The notes beneath the pieces were generated by a model that searched no databases, was not told the origin of the DNA, and was given only the letters and a program-made list of their open reading frames with translations. Below are positions 12,903-27,531 of a stretch of DNA of 64,000 nt, one piece after another. Origin of the DNA: Podarcis cretensis (Eukaryota); NCBI GenBank assembly GCA_951804945.1, contig OX638151.1, positions 60,574,001 to 60,638,000 on the forward strand, in the 5' to 3' direction. The stretch's first letter is position 1; each line of letters begins with the position of its first letter. The translations under genes and the position numbers were made by a program.

Positions 12903-15900
12903 ATGTACAGATAAAATGTGGCAAAAAACCCCAATTAAAAATAAATATGCATAAGATAATGATTTTTTTTAAAAAAAGATAAAATCAACAAAACTTTAAA
13001 ACAGATGTTTCTTGATAGGCTTGCTAAAATGGGAGAGTTTTCAGCATGTGTTTTAAACAATGTAGTAATGGTACCTTCTGAATGTCAGTAGCCAGGGAAT
13101 TTCAAGGCACATGCCACACATGGAAAAACTCGATCACAAATACGCAACTGGCAGCTTGTGGGACTGCAAAAGTTGTAGTTCTGCAGATCAAAGTGATTGA
13201 ATAGGCACATGTGGGGCAAGGTGAATTTCTTAAATAAACTGGTCCCAAGGAATTAAGAGTTTTATATACCTTAATATATAAGGGACGCGGGTGGCACTGT
13301 GGGTAAAACCTCAGCACCTAGGACTTGCCGATCGCATGGTCGGCGGTTCGAATCCCTGCGGTGGGGTGCGCTCCTGTCGTTCGGTCCCAGCGCCTGCCAA
13401 CCTAGCAGTTCGAAAGCACCCTCGGGTGCAAATAGATAAATAGGGACCGCTTACTAGCGGGAAGGTAAACGGCGTTCCGTGTGCTGCGCTGGCTCGCCAG
13501 ATGCAGCTTGTCACGCTGGCCACGTGACCCGGAAGTGTCTGTGGACAGCGCTGGCTCCCAGCCTCTAGAGTGAGATGAGCGCACAACCCTAGAGTCTGAC
13601 AAGACTGGCCCATACGGGCAGGGGTACCTTTACCTTTACCTTTAATATCAGTTTATTTTGCTAATGCCATTAAAACATCTAATGCTTAATATATGCTAGC
13701 ACTAACAAGGTGATAGACAGGTTCTCTGCCCAGAGTTGAAATTCACAATGTTAAAGGTAATTATCCAGATAAGTGTTATGGACAAAGTAATATTTCATTG
13801 TTGTCCAGAACTGGTAAGTTATGTCTGTTGTTGATGATATTCAAATAAACTTGCGATATTCCAGATAAACATGAATATCCTTTCTATTTAAAAAAGCTGT
13901 GTAAGTTTCTCTGTGTTCTAGGGATAAGGGCAGTCCTTACTGAAATATGGCTTTCAAAGAAAATATTCCCTATGGTTGGTTGGTCTTACTTACTATGGGT
14001 TGCCCATAGAATCATAGAGTTGGAAGGTACCCCGAGGGTCATCTAGTCCAACCCCCCTGTGATGCAGGAATCTCAACACAAATGTCTCTCAAGTCCTTCT
14101 GTAGATTTTGTTGTAGGTAGCAGCTGTGTTCATATGTGATTCTAGCTTGGTATAGCAATTTATGTTGTGGCCTTTCTGGAGAGTGAAAGTAATTAAAAAT
14201 GGCCTAACACACTTCTAAAAAACATAGTATTCTATTTCATCTACATTCACTGGTAATAATGTACAACTATTGACTAATAATGTTGTAAGTATTTCAGTGT
14301 TTGGTGTCTGTCTCTCTCTATCATTTAAAAAACAGTGTGAGCAACTCCGTCAACATTATATGAGCAAATCAAATGCAGAAGTTTCTGAAGCCCACCAGGC
14401 TTTGCAGCCAGTGCTACAGGCAATCCATGAACTCCAGAAGAAAGTAAGATTTTAGTAATATTTTTGACTTGCCTTTTGATGATATGTGAGCTATGTGGGA
14501 TTTGTATACAGTGGTACCTCAGGTTAAGTACTTAATTCGTTCCAGAGGTCCGTTCTTAACCTGAAACTGTTCTTAACCTGAAGCACCACTTTAGCTAATG
14601 GGGCCTCCTGCTGCTGCCGTGCCACCGGAGCACAATTTCTGTTCTCATCCTGAAGCAAAGTTCTTAACCCGAGGTAATATTTTTGGGTTAGCAGAGTCTG
14701 TAACCTGAAGCGTATGTAACCTGAGGTACCACTGTAAATCTCTAAAAATGTGCCCATGAAAAGATTCCCTACTGCAACAAGGTGGATCAGAAATGGAGTT
14801 CTAGAAAATTGGCCTTCAGTGGGTTATATCCAATCCTGCAGTTCCATTAATGCAACAGACTTCCACAGTGCAGGTGAATTTCTGCCCATACAACAGGACT
14901 CTCTGTGGTTCTCCTGCTCCCTGCAGCCCCACTCGTGCCTTCAGAAGTCTGCTCCAGAGCAGATTTTTGTGGGTGCAGGGAGGGAGGAAGGAGAGGAAGG
15001 CAAGTCCTGTTACGTGAATTAAAATGTGCATGCCAGTTTTAGATACAACCAATGCATTTCTTCCACAGAGTTTCGACGGAATAATGTATGTTCACGTTTC
15101 TCTCTGCCTCACTCCTGTCCGTAAACATTTAAGATGCATGAATTGACCTGTGAACATACAAGTTAACAGCTTCAGTACATGCAAATGTTATAAAACTTTG
15201 AAACTACCCAAATAAAATAGTTAAAGCAAATTTTCTTTATCACGGATTTTTTCTGTTCCTCCAAGGAGCTCATTCCATCTTAGGCTAATTTACTTCACAC
15301 TTGACAATGGACAAAAGAGCATGATTGGCTGAAGCTCATGGCTGATCCTTCTGAGCCTAGTCTGACACTCTGTTTGCTGCTGCACTCTACGAGGCACATT
15401 GTACGCTGGGATGATAATGAACACTGATGGCTATGTTCAGGCATAACACTGTGATGTGAATGAGCCTGGGGCTTGCACACAATTCCCCTTCTGCCTTGGC
15501 ATGGCCACAAGGAGTTCAAAAGGTTTTACTTCCATTTTTGCTTATCCCTGGTATCTTGTTTAATTCAAACTGACAAGTTGCTAGTTTAAAAGAAGCCAGC
15601 TCTTTCCTCCTCTTTGCATTGGAGGGGAGAGTACGAGTTTCTGAGGTTTACGTATGCTCATTCACAACACTCTAAACCAAGGTTTATTTTAACATCCAAA
15701 CGCATCCACTGTGACTTCCTCAATGAATCACATTTGCATTCGTTTCTTCAAATGTAAGTTGAGCAATCGCTTATACCAGGTGTAGAACAGCAAGATCAAG
15801 GGTAGTGTCATTTCTGTAATCCTTAAACAAATGGTGTTTCACTTGGAGATGCTTTGTTTCTCTAAAACTAATAAAAAGCAGTTCTCCAGATGAGACTTGC

Positions 15901-17096
15901 TTTTCTCTCTAAGAAGCAAAATAACTTTAAGGCAAGAATATGTCAGTTTTTAACACGTAGCTCCTCAAGGAAGATCTTAGGAAATAATTCACTACAATAG
16001 GCCTTTCTCTTTTAAGCCTCATTTTGAGGTGTAACATATGAAGAAAGGGGGGAAGTACTCATGTCATTAAAGAGATATGCTCACCTAATTGCACTGTTTC
16101 CACAGTTTCAAATATTCCTCATTTATTTTTCATTGTTAAATCTAGCTACTGATTTGTCTCTCGCTGTCTTAAACGCTACAAAAAATAAGTAAACAGAGTA
16201 AGAGAAAATACTTAAACAATTGTTTATATTTAAAAATCAGTTTTGAAATTATCTAAGATGACTGCAGTGTGTCAAAATTTACCTGGGGAAAAGCTGCTGG
16301 TCTTGTATTTAGTCACAAGAAAGTGTGTGTTTCTCAGGCATGTCTTTTTATCACACAAGATGTGGCATATGTATTTATGGGCCTATTTTCTGCACCTAGA
16401 TGCGCTCCAATTCACCTTGGTGGTTGGATGTGATCCAGTCAGCAATACAATATGCTATTGATGAGGAGCTTGTTCAGCGGGTGCAAAATGATCTTACTAG
16501 CAATTACAAACAACAAACTAATAAACTCTCTATGGCAGACAAGTAAGTCAGCAGCTACAAAGTAATGTTTCTCAAGTTTTACTCAGTTTGTGACAGCTCA
16601 TACACCATGCCGCAGGCACTGCTTGCTTGCAAACATCTGGGCTATCATTTAAAATTTGAAAATGCTTCAAGCGATGTATGTATCCAAATACAACTTTGGT
16701 TTTCAAAAATGTAAGTCTTCTGTTCCCTTTTATGTTGATTTAAATCTTAGTTGTGCATTAGGTGTATTTTTATGTTTGAGATAATAGTCTATGGATTCAT
16801 TCATCTCTTTAGCAATTATTTTTGCTCTGGAGCGTAACATTATTTTTTAAAAAATTACAGTGTGGTGTAGTGGTTAAGAGCGGTAGTCTCGTAATCTGGG
16901 GAACCGGGTTCGCGTCTCCGCTCCTCCACATGCAGCTGCTGGGTGACCTTGGGCCAGTCACACTTCTTTGAAGTCTCTCAGCCCCACTCACCTCACAGAG
17001 TGTTTGTTGTGGGGGAGGAAGGGAAAGGAGAATGTTAGCCGCTTTGAGACTCCTAAAGGGGAGTGAAAGGCGGGATATCAAATCCAAACTCCTCTT

Positions 17097-17127
<31 letters not shown>

Positions 17128-20100
17128 AAGCACCATTTTCTAAGAATAAGTAGAATTGTATGTATATTTTAAAATATCAGCTTGATATATATTGTATTGG
17201 TGTATGCTCTACATTGACTTGCCTTTTCAGAAAATTGCAATTGTCTTGTATAGGCACATTACCTCACTTATAGGCTACTCACAGAGATCGCTCTGCATTC
17301 TGCCAAAAGTCAAAAGCAGAAATGGTTTGCAAGCTGTTAGCCACATAGCCAGTTCTGAATGTTCCCCTGATAAAAATTTGAAGTAAGGTTTGCATCCTCA
17401 TGCCATTCAGCCAGAAGAAGTTGCATACAGTATATGGGCCATGAGTCAATCCAGTGATTTCAAAATAAAGTTCTGACTTTTCCTGTTTTTGCTAGATTCC
17501 GTGACTGCAGAGGCCTTCAGTACCTGCTCACAACTCAAATGGAAGAAGTGAAGAAATTCCAGAAACGTGTGAGAGAGGCTGTGAAAAAACTGGAGGGCCC
17601 TCCTTCCAAAGAGGTTATTGAGGCTGCCACTATCTGCCATCTGCGCCCTGTGAGGTTGCCCCTAAACAAGTAGGTGTGAAAACACCTAGACCTCTGTCAC
17701 TGGGATTCCAATTAGCATTTCTTCTAATAATGAGACACATATCCCACAACTGAAGTGAAGCAATCAAGTGTGTGCATGGATCCTGTTGAGTTTTTAAAAA
17801 CCTAAATATATTTTTCTGATTCTCATGTTATATTTCTTATTAAGCATCTCAGTGGGGTTAGTTTCCAAATCTTTTTATTAATTGAAAGAATACTGATACC
17901 AAACTTTGGGAAATTTAATTGTTTATTGATCTTCTAAATGTTTCTCTTTGTAATATCTTGTATTCCAGCTGTGTCTTCTGTAAGGCTGATGAATTGTTCA
18001 CAGAATATGAGTCAAAGCTCTTCTCCCATACGTAAGTGATTTTCTCCCTTTTTGTGCACTTGTGATGAAAGCAAACTTCTTTCATAGATCAGAAAGCAGT
18101 TTCTGCTGTGACCTTCTATATCCTTTCTGGATAGAAACGAGGTTCCTTCTCTTTGAGAGCTGCTCCACCTCTTGGGAGTGTGAAACTCAGGTGAATTATG
18201 TTCTCTTTCACTGTGTTCTTGTGAGGAGAATTGGTATAAGTTTTAAAATAAGGTCACTATATCAAGCACTGTTTGTTTGCCTATTATCTTTGATTTTATT
18301 AAGATTCATATGGACTTCAGATATGATGACTACTCTAATTCTTCTACATTATTTAAGTGTAAAGGGACAGATGGCAATCTTTGAAGAAATGATAGAAGAT
18401 GAAGACGGTCTGGTTGATGACCGCTTACCTACCACAAGCAGAGGTCTCTGGGCAGCAAGTGAAACTGAGCGCTCTTTGAAAGCTATACTGTCATTTGCCA
18501 AAGCTCATCGAATAGATGCCAAGGCAGTTGAAGAGGGCAGCATCTTCTTGGAACTTTTTGAAGCATGGAAAAAGGAATATAAGGTACAACAGCCAGAAAA
18601 AATCATGGTGAAAAGTTCAGAACATAAGAAGCATTTTAAGTTGTTTGGTTGATATGCATATAGACAACTCATGCATAACAGTCATAGCGATTGATTTATT
18701 TGTAAACCTCCTTTCCACAAAAACATGCTTAAAGCTGCTTACAAGAATTATAATGACAAGAGTCATAAAACAGCAATATATAATGGTGGCGCTGTGGTCT
18801 AAACCACTGAGCCTCTTGGGCTGGCTGATCGGAAGGTTGGCGGTTCGAATCTGTGCGACGGGGTGAGCTCCCATTGCTCTGTCCCAGCTTCTCCCAACCT
18901 AGCAGTTCCAAAGCATACCATCCAGGAGTCCTTTACCTTTAACTTTTACCTAACAGATAATCATTTCATACAATGATAATTTATTCAATAAAGAATAAGG
19001 ATGGTAATAATACATAGCACATACAACCACAACATTTCATATGTGTGATCAGTATGTACCGTATATTCTTATTGCTGTGTTAGGCAATTGTCACAAGCCA
19101 CCATGACCCCTTGCATTTCAAAATCTTTTGACTTCACTGTTCGCAGTTGTTTTCATTTGTGTGGAGATGCACATAATGTAAATGGTCTCAGTGGGCAAAT
19201 ATGTAACCAAATATGTTGGGTAACATATACTCAAAAGGTTCTGCTCTGATTAATGAAAGGGTAAAAAAAAGGTAAAGGTACCCCTGCCCGTACGGGCCAG
19301 TCTTGACAGACTCTGGGGTTGTGCGCCCATCTCACTTAAGAGGCCAGGGGCCAGCGCTGTCCGGAGACACTTCCGGGTCACGTGGCCAGCGTGACATCGC
19401 TGCTCTGGCCAGAGCCAGAGCCAGAGCCGCACACGGAAATGCCGTTTACCTTCCCGCTGGTAAGCGGTCCCTATTTATCTACTTGCACCCGGAGGTGCTT
19501 TCGAGCTGCTAGGTTGGCAGGCGCTGGGACCGAGCAGCGGGAGCGCACCCCGCCGCAGGGATTCGAACTGCCGACCTTTCGATCGGCAAGCCCTAGGCGC
19601 TGAGGCTTTAACCCACAGCGCCACCTGCTGTGAAAGGGTATGCCACAACAAAATGGTTAATGTGCCACAGAGCTCTTTGTTATAGATGTTCCCAAAGCAG
19701 TTTTCTCTAAACTAAAGGGCTCATTTTGAAATGTCATTCCCAGCTCTTCATTGCTCATGTCTCAACCCTTAAGTGCAGGATGGAGGCTTTGTCATTCAGG
19801 CAGTCAAATTACTGGTGCTAATCAGCCATTTATGACATTAATGTCCTTCTAGTGTTGCAAGTGGGGAACAAATTGTCTCTTCACATATGGTTGCTTTGAG
19901 GACACATATGGAGACCTGTTACCAGTGACAAAAAAGGCTGTGCATTTGTTTCTTCCATCTGTCCAGTACTAGTAAACTTTCAATTGGCTATGTAGTCTTT
20001 GCAGTACTGTACCTGGTAACTCTACCAAGGCCTCGTATTCTGTGCTGCATGGCAGCAGCATTTAAAAACTGAAAATTGATTCCTGTGAAGGCATTTTTAA

Positions 20101-23100
20101 GTTGATATAGTTCTTTATTCCTCAAACTATAGCTGTTGGCTAATAGAATGAATTGTAAACTAGGAAGCTGTAGGTTAAGTCTCATTTTAGGCAGAAATTA
20201 AGTAGTCTTTAGGCAAGAGGTAGTGTCACAGCATTGGATCCATAGCTGCAGTTTGGGGATGATACTAATACAGGCTTACTTCCCTAGGGCCTTTCCGCAG
20301 GGCCTGCAAGACAGAGCTGTTCCACCAGGCCTTTGGTCAGGGCGCAGCCTGACTCCCTCCTTTGGCAATCTTTACAAAACTTTAGTTTATGGTTGCCATC
20401 AATTTTGATTTTAATTAATTTTTATAATGTTTTTATAATGTTGCACTACTTTAGTGTTGTTAGCCGCCCTGAGCCTGGCTTCGGCTGGGGAGGACGGGAT
20501 ATAAATAAAATTTATTATTATTATTATTAGGTCATTGTAATGATATATACATGGTATATGTGCTAAGAGTACTGTACCTTTAAAATATTGACTTATATTT
20601 TCTCTAGTTTGGCTATGTTTCAAGTTATTTTGTGAAAGCAGGCTTTTTATTCTGTCTTTGGACCCTTTAAAAGCAATAACAACCAGGAATTGTGCATACT
20701 GAAGTGTGCTTAGTTTTGCGAAAATAGCTGGTTTTCCCACTCATAGCTAACACAGAATTTCTAGTTTACTGTAACTTTCTTCTGTGTACCTGTGTGGGTG
20801 GGTATGCATATGTTTTGCACTACAAAGTACAGTAATTTTACAGTGCAAAGCTGTAATTTTCCATTAGATTTTTTTCTGTTGGTGTTATTTTGAAATCCTG
20901 AGTGCTGGGACACAGAATTATTTGTTAACCACAGCTTACTGTGCTACTGCTGATTATCTTTTTATCTTCCCTTCAGCTGCTTCATGAATATTGGATGGTC
21001 CTCCGAGATCACGTGTCTGCCATTGATGAGCTTGCCATGGCTACAGAACGATTTAGAGTGCGTCATCCGGAAGAGCCAAAACCTAACCACCCTGTTCTTC
21101 ACATAATTGAGCCGCATGAGGTGACAAGATTGCATTGTATCTGAAATACAGTAGTGCTGATTAAGCCACCATTTGGGACTGCTGCTTGCCACTAAACAGG
21201 ACTTTAAAACCTCAGTCGTGCTGTTTGTTGAATGTTCTTTTTGTAGCATCTCTTCATTGTTTTGGGACTAGATATAACTTGCACACCAGGATTATGTGTT
21301 TATTGTATTATATCTAGAGATTGCCTTAATGATCACTGAATGGTTACATTTCTTTTCTAGGTAGAACAAAATCGAGTGAAACTCCTGAACGACAAAGCAG
21401 TTGCCAAATCACAGCTTCAGAAGAAACTGGGCCAGCTCCTCTACCTCACTAATTTGGAAAAGGTAAGGTTGACTTGCACCATTTCCAAATTACATTCACG
21501 TGGAACCCTCTTTTACCTTGTAGATAGGATTTTCAATCTTCCCTCGTATTGTTTGAATATCTAAAAGAAAGAAATGAGGGAACAGGGATTCCTACTTTGC
21601 ATTGGCATTATCCTCAAAGAGATTCTTGGAGCCGAGACAAGAAAAGCTGTGCTGAGGTTCTGCAGATTTTACCTCATTCTTTCAAGTATGTCCAGTATGG
21701 ATTTAAAGGGTACAGGATAGACTCAAAACTATGACTCCTTAAATAGCTGTAGATACTTATTGCAGATGTTTGTATAGCTATGTCAAGAAGCAGGATACCT
21801 TCCAGACTGTGCTTCATAGCTCTAAATTATACAGTGGACCCTCCAGACACGAACTTAATTCATTCCAGGTGTCTGTTCGCACCCCAAAAATTACTTAAGT
21901 AGATGCACCATTTCTGTGCACGTGTGTGGCACAGTTGAGCGCTTCTGTGCATGCACAAGGTGCGTAGAGCGCTTCTGCGCATGTGTGCGCAGCAAAACCC
22001 GGAAGTATACACTTCGGGTTTGTTGCATTCACAACCCGAAAGTTACATTACCCGAAGGTAACATAACCCGAGCGTCCACTGTATACAAGTTGCTAACCTT
22101 CACATAATTGGGACTTTCTGCTGATTTGAATCACTGCAAACTGCTCTAATTAAACAAAAGGAAAAATCTCATTCTTCCTTAAATGCCAGCTTTGTAATTT
22201 TTAGATCATAGTTATGAGAACTATGCAAGCCATTTTTTGCACAAAATGAATTCATTCTTTCCCTCTCTTATATACAGTGGTGCCTCGCAAGACGAAAAGA
22301 ATCCGTTCCGCGAGTCTCTTCGTCTAGCGGTTTTTTCGTCTTGTGAAGCAAGCCCATTGACGGCTTAGCAGATTAGCGCTATTAGCGGTTTAGTGGCTTT
22401 TAGCGGCTTAGCGGATAAGCGGCTTAGCGGCTTAGAAAAGGGGGGGGGGAGGGAAAAAACCCCGCAGGAACTCGCAAGACATTTTTGTCTTGTGAACCAA
22501 GCCCATAGGAAATTCGTTTTGCAAAGCACCTCCAAAACGGAAAACTCTTTCGTCTAGCGAGTTTTCCGTCTTGCGAGGCATTTGTTTTGCGGGGCACCAC
22601 TGTACATGAACTTACCATACTACATAGCTAGCTAATTCTCAGGGAAGTTTCAAAACCAGTTTGAAATACTGAAGCAGGCTGTTGCCTAAATGATAAAAAA
22701 GACGGAAGTCCCACTGGGCTTGTACAAGCTCTTGGACACACCTAAAATTGTCTGGATTGTATTTTAAAATCATGACTCAGAATTACCCCCGCCCCCCGTT
22801 TGCCTCTTGGAAGTTTTCCATGGAGTTGTTTGCATTCATCAACCATAGTGCTTTAAACAATTCTTTTTAAGCAATATCTCTCATAGAAATCCTAAAGTGG
22901 ATCACTGAATCTCAGACAGCATTTTCTCTTTTAGTTTTATAACTCCTGAAAAATACTGGCTTGAATCCAAATATGCCCTTCTGGTTACAGAAGGGCTGTT
23001 GACCGAGAGAGAGAGAGCATAGCATGAGAAAGTAACCCCAATTCAGGAAATATTTTTCTTTTTGCACAAGTTTATTAATGGAGTTTGTATGCTACAGCTT

Positions 23101-26100
23101 GTATTGTATGTTTCTTATATTGTAATAATGTAATCCCAAGTAAATTGTGGTACTGCACTGCAAGATGTCTTCCACAAGCTTGCACAAGAACACCTGGATA
23201 GCACTAACACACACATGAGTCTTTGAATCCAAGCTATTGCTTTTATTTTTCCAGGTATTGATTTATTTTTAACATACTTACAAACAGGTCCTATATAATG
23301 AATTGCCAAACTTACCAGGCTTTAAAGTTGTTCCAGCTTCAAATCATTTGTAAGATTACTTTAAGTATTAATTTACTTTTACTCGCTCACCCAAAATGTT
23401 TTCTTTAATACTTCCATAGTCTCAGGATAAAACAACTGGAGGAGTTAATCCAGAGCCATGTCCAATTTGTGCACGGCAACTGGGAAAACAGGTAAGAAGT
23501 TCACCTATGGATTTTTCTGTAGAGGATCTTAAGATTTCATATTTTTAAAGTTAGTGCCAACCAAACTTCCCTGGGGAGAGCATTCCACAAACAGAGAACC
23601 ACCACAGAAAAGGCCGTTCTTGTGTTGCCACCCTCTGGACCTCTTTCGGAAGAGACACCTGAAGGGCCCTTGATGTTGATGACAGGGTCCAGGTTGGTTT
23701 AAGTTGTGTTTTTATGCTCTGTTTGTAATTATGTCCATTTCACTAACTCCTTGTTTTTTACCTTTCTTTTGACTTTANNNNNNNNNNNNNNNNNNNNNNN
23801 NNNNNNNNNNNNNNNNNNNNNNNNNNNNNNNNNNNNNNNNNNNNNNNNNNNNNNNNNNNNNNNNNNNNNNNNNNNNNNNNNNNNNNNNNNNNNNNNNNNN
23901 NNNNNNNNNNNNNNNNNNNNNNNNNNNTCAAACTTAATCCATTCCAGGAGTCTGTTTGACTCCCAGAATGGTTCAGAAACCAAGATGTGGCTTCTGATTG
24001 GATGCAGGAGCTTCCTGCTCTCAATCGGAAGCCGCGGAAGCTGTGTTGGATGTTTGCCTTCCAAAAAACGTTCACAGTCTGGAACACTCACTTCCAGGTT
24101 TGTGGTGTTCGGGAGCTGATTTGTTCGGGAGCCAAGCCATTCGACAACCAAAGTACAACTATATATAGATTTATAGAGAGATATGAGAGATTTTTCTGAT
24201 TATTCCAGAGATCAGTGTACAGTATGGGGTAGCAACATCACTACTGGCTTCTTCCCTGATTCATGCCTTTAGTATCCTTAAGTAATGTGTACATATTAAT
24301 TGCAACCAGCATTGTAGACGGATTTCTTCATAGAACTTAAATTCAAATGTTTAAAAATTACAATTTTCTACTTAGTTCTAATGCATTGTCATGTTTGCAT
24401 GTGAACTCCAACATCACATATGTCTTTGCACTTACTTGGTGTTATTTCTCCCTCTAGTGGGCAGTGTTGACATGTGGACATTGCTTCTGCAATGAGTGTA
24501 TAGCTATTATTATAGAACAGTACAGTGTTGGCACCCGCAGAAGTTCAATCAAGTGTGCCATCTGCAGACAAACAACATCACATAAAGAAATCTCCTATGT
24601 CTTCACTGCAGAGGCAGCAAACCAAGAAGATGATATACCTGTGAAGGTAAACTGTCATACAGATGGGAACTTTTTATATTGATTCAAGTTTCTAATCATC
24701 CTGTAAGAGTATTTACATTTTTCTTACTTGGAAGAAAGTTTAGATGCCATGCTGACTGGCAACAAACCTAGATTTTTAGGTGGTAAACCAAATGACTGAT
24801 TTTTAATGTTTTAGTATGTTTATGTTTGAACTGAGTTTTCTGTAAACCACCCAAGGACTTCAAACATTCAACAAATGTTCTGAATAAATAAATGGCAGCA
24901 GTCCGTTTAAACACAAAAAAACCTTTTAATCACTGAGATTTTATTTATGGGCAATTGGAACTTGCTGGTAGTTGAATTTGATTTTGTGAAGTTTATAGTT
25001 CTTTAGAGAGCAAAACATACTGATTAATCTGTTGATATTTATAGTGCCAAGTCCCAAATACTCTCCAACCATCAACCAGCCATTGGGCTGATTGGATTTC
25101 AATATACACACCCAATGCCGACACCAAAACCTTCTTACATCTGTAGTCATTAAAAGCTGTGGCCTCATTTAATCCCAATACTGCTGTCCCGTGTCTTATT
25201 TTGTGTTACTTTACATGTGCCCGCTCCACTGTACCTCAGTCCGCAACTAATTACTTTTAATTTAAAAAAAAAAAAATCACATGGAGGTACTTCTATTTGA
25301 ATAACATTTTTGTGAAATGCTTACAATGTTTATACGTAACTTTTAAAAATAGGATAGATTTCTTTATGGAAATCATTTATGGCAATTTTCACTGTATATA
25401 TTTATATAAACAAACATATAAACACACAGTGATACTGAATGACTTTAATCAGATGTGAACTATATAAAGGAAACATAATCTTCAATTTCTTTTTCAAAGG
25501 GAAGTCACTCCACCAAAGTGGAAGCTGTGGTCAGGACTCTAAAGAAAATCCAGTTCAAAGATCCAGGAGCCAAATCCCTAGTTTTCTCAACGGTATATCT
25601 AAAAGTTTTAAAAATTAAAATGTACATTAATCAAAAGGTGGTATATAGCTAAATTGTTTATTTCATACATTTTTTTACTGCTCGATTGTAAATGCACACA
25701 CACACACCTCAAAGCTGTTTGGATTGGGTGATGGTATAGCTAATGAAGATAATTTTAAGTTAAGATGAAATTAGGATACATGGGAAAGTGTATCTTCTTA
25801 TTGTCTTCCCACCTATTTTAGATGCTGGGTGCTCTGATAAGTACTACCTTGTTTGTAATATGGAAATATCTTCTTTTTATATTTTATAGTGGCAAGATGT
25901 GCTCGATATCATTGCAAAAGCACTATATGATAATAGCATGGAGTTTGCTCAAATCAATGGAATTAACAAATTTCAGGTATGTTTCTTCAACTGCTCACTG
26001 ATGGTAATTTAATCCTTTGCTTTGTCTTGAGAGTAACATTATGAGGATTTCAGAGGACAGATGTCTGCCGGAACATATTGGGACAGGATTCACCTAACAA

Positions 26101-27486
26101 GTCTCATTAGCAGAAGCCCTGCTCAAGGGTTTCTACTTGCACAACGGAGCTTTCTCCTGTGCATTCCTGTGCCCCCAAAACTGGGGGGGAGGCAAATTCC
26201 CAGGACTAGGAGGTAGGGAGAACAGGGGAGATTGTTCCATCTGGCAAGCTGAAATGCTTGTCCTGAAGGAATGATCAGAAGACTGTGACATTGTATTTGA
26301 GCTGATAGCACCTAGCACTTGCTTGGCGCGGAAATAAAAAGAATTAAACTGTCAGAGAGCTAGGCTAATTTTAGAGCTACTAGAAAGATAATGCCTACTC
26401 CCTGTTAATTGCAGCTAAGCAAGTCAAATAACTCAGGAATGTGGATGTAACCCCACCCCCATTGTGTCTGGACCAAGCTCCATCTGAAAAGCCCCCCTCA
26501 TGCCCACCTAGCACATTTAATCTCTGAGGTCATCAGAAAGAAAGGAGGCAGCAGCCAGGCAACCCTCTATCATGCCTGAATACATCTGCAGCTGTACTTC
26601 ATGCCCAGGCACCCTTCCCGCATACCTGTGCTAAGGTATAGTGCACACCTGCTCTCTCTGTCTCAACACTCTCACATCACATCTAGCCTAATACTGTTTA
26701 TTGTGTTTTAATTATTTACAATGATTTTAATTAGTCATGTGTCTGCTTAGGGAGCCAATTTTGGTTTATAACTTGGGATTAAAATTTAATCACCCATTGT
26801 TCATGTTCATCGCTGCTGTGAAGTTAACAGTGGCTAAGGTTTCCGTTTCATGCAAGCTTTGAAACCCCTTCTGACTAGCTTCAGGTCCTTTGCTGCAGTG
26901 GTGATGAGCTGCTTAATTGCAGGGAAGTGAGGAAGGAAAATTATTCTTCCAGAGCTGCAAGGGAAGGAATAGTTATAGTCATTGTTAACAGGAGAGAGTT
27001 ATTGATATATGTGCACCAGCCTTAAGTATTCTTGGGTTGTGTATGATCCATTACCTCTCAGATACACTCTGTCTTTGTAAAGAATTTAGGATTCAAGGGT
27101 CACTAGTCTGTCACACTTTATAGCAACTGTTCTTAAATATACAGGGATCTGGTGAAGTTTTGAATATTATTCCTTATTTTGCCTTTCAGGAAAATCTATC
27201 TGCATTTAAGTATGATCCCAAGATCAACATATTGTTATTGCCTCTCCATACTGGCTCGAATGGATTGAATATTATTGAGGCAACACATGTCCTCCTAGTA
27301 GAGCCTATCTTGAATCCAGCACATGAGCTACAGGCCATTGGCAGAGTGCATCGCATTGGGCAAACTAAGTAAGGATCAAAAACTGTTTTGGGCTCACCTA
27401 ACTGCCACTTAATGCAGTGTATGTATAACCACTCTGAGGTTTTCTACAATTAAGCGGTATATAAATTCTAGGAAATAAATTAACTA

Positions 27487-27531
<45 letters not shown>

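Noticed and set aside
13282-13360. tRNA-like box A/B sequences (also 16858, 42823, 51076)
   Set aside because: These are SINE heads continuing into SINE bodies, not tRNA genes.
19303-19603. Repeated near-identical small ORFs (also ~9.1, 13.3 and 51.1 kb)
   Set aside because: Antisense translations of Sauria SINE, not a peptide gene family.
23706-24151. ORFs containing X runs
   Set aside because: Artefacts of the 150-N gap.
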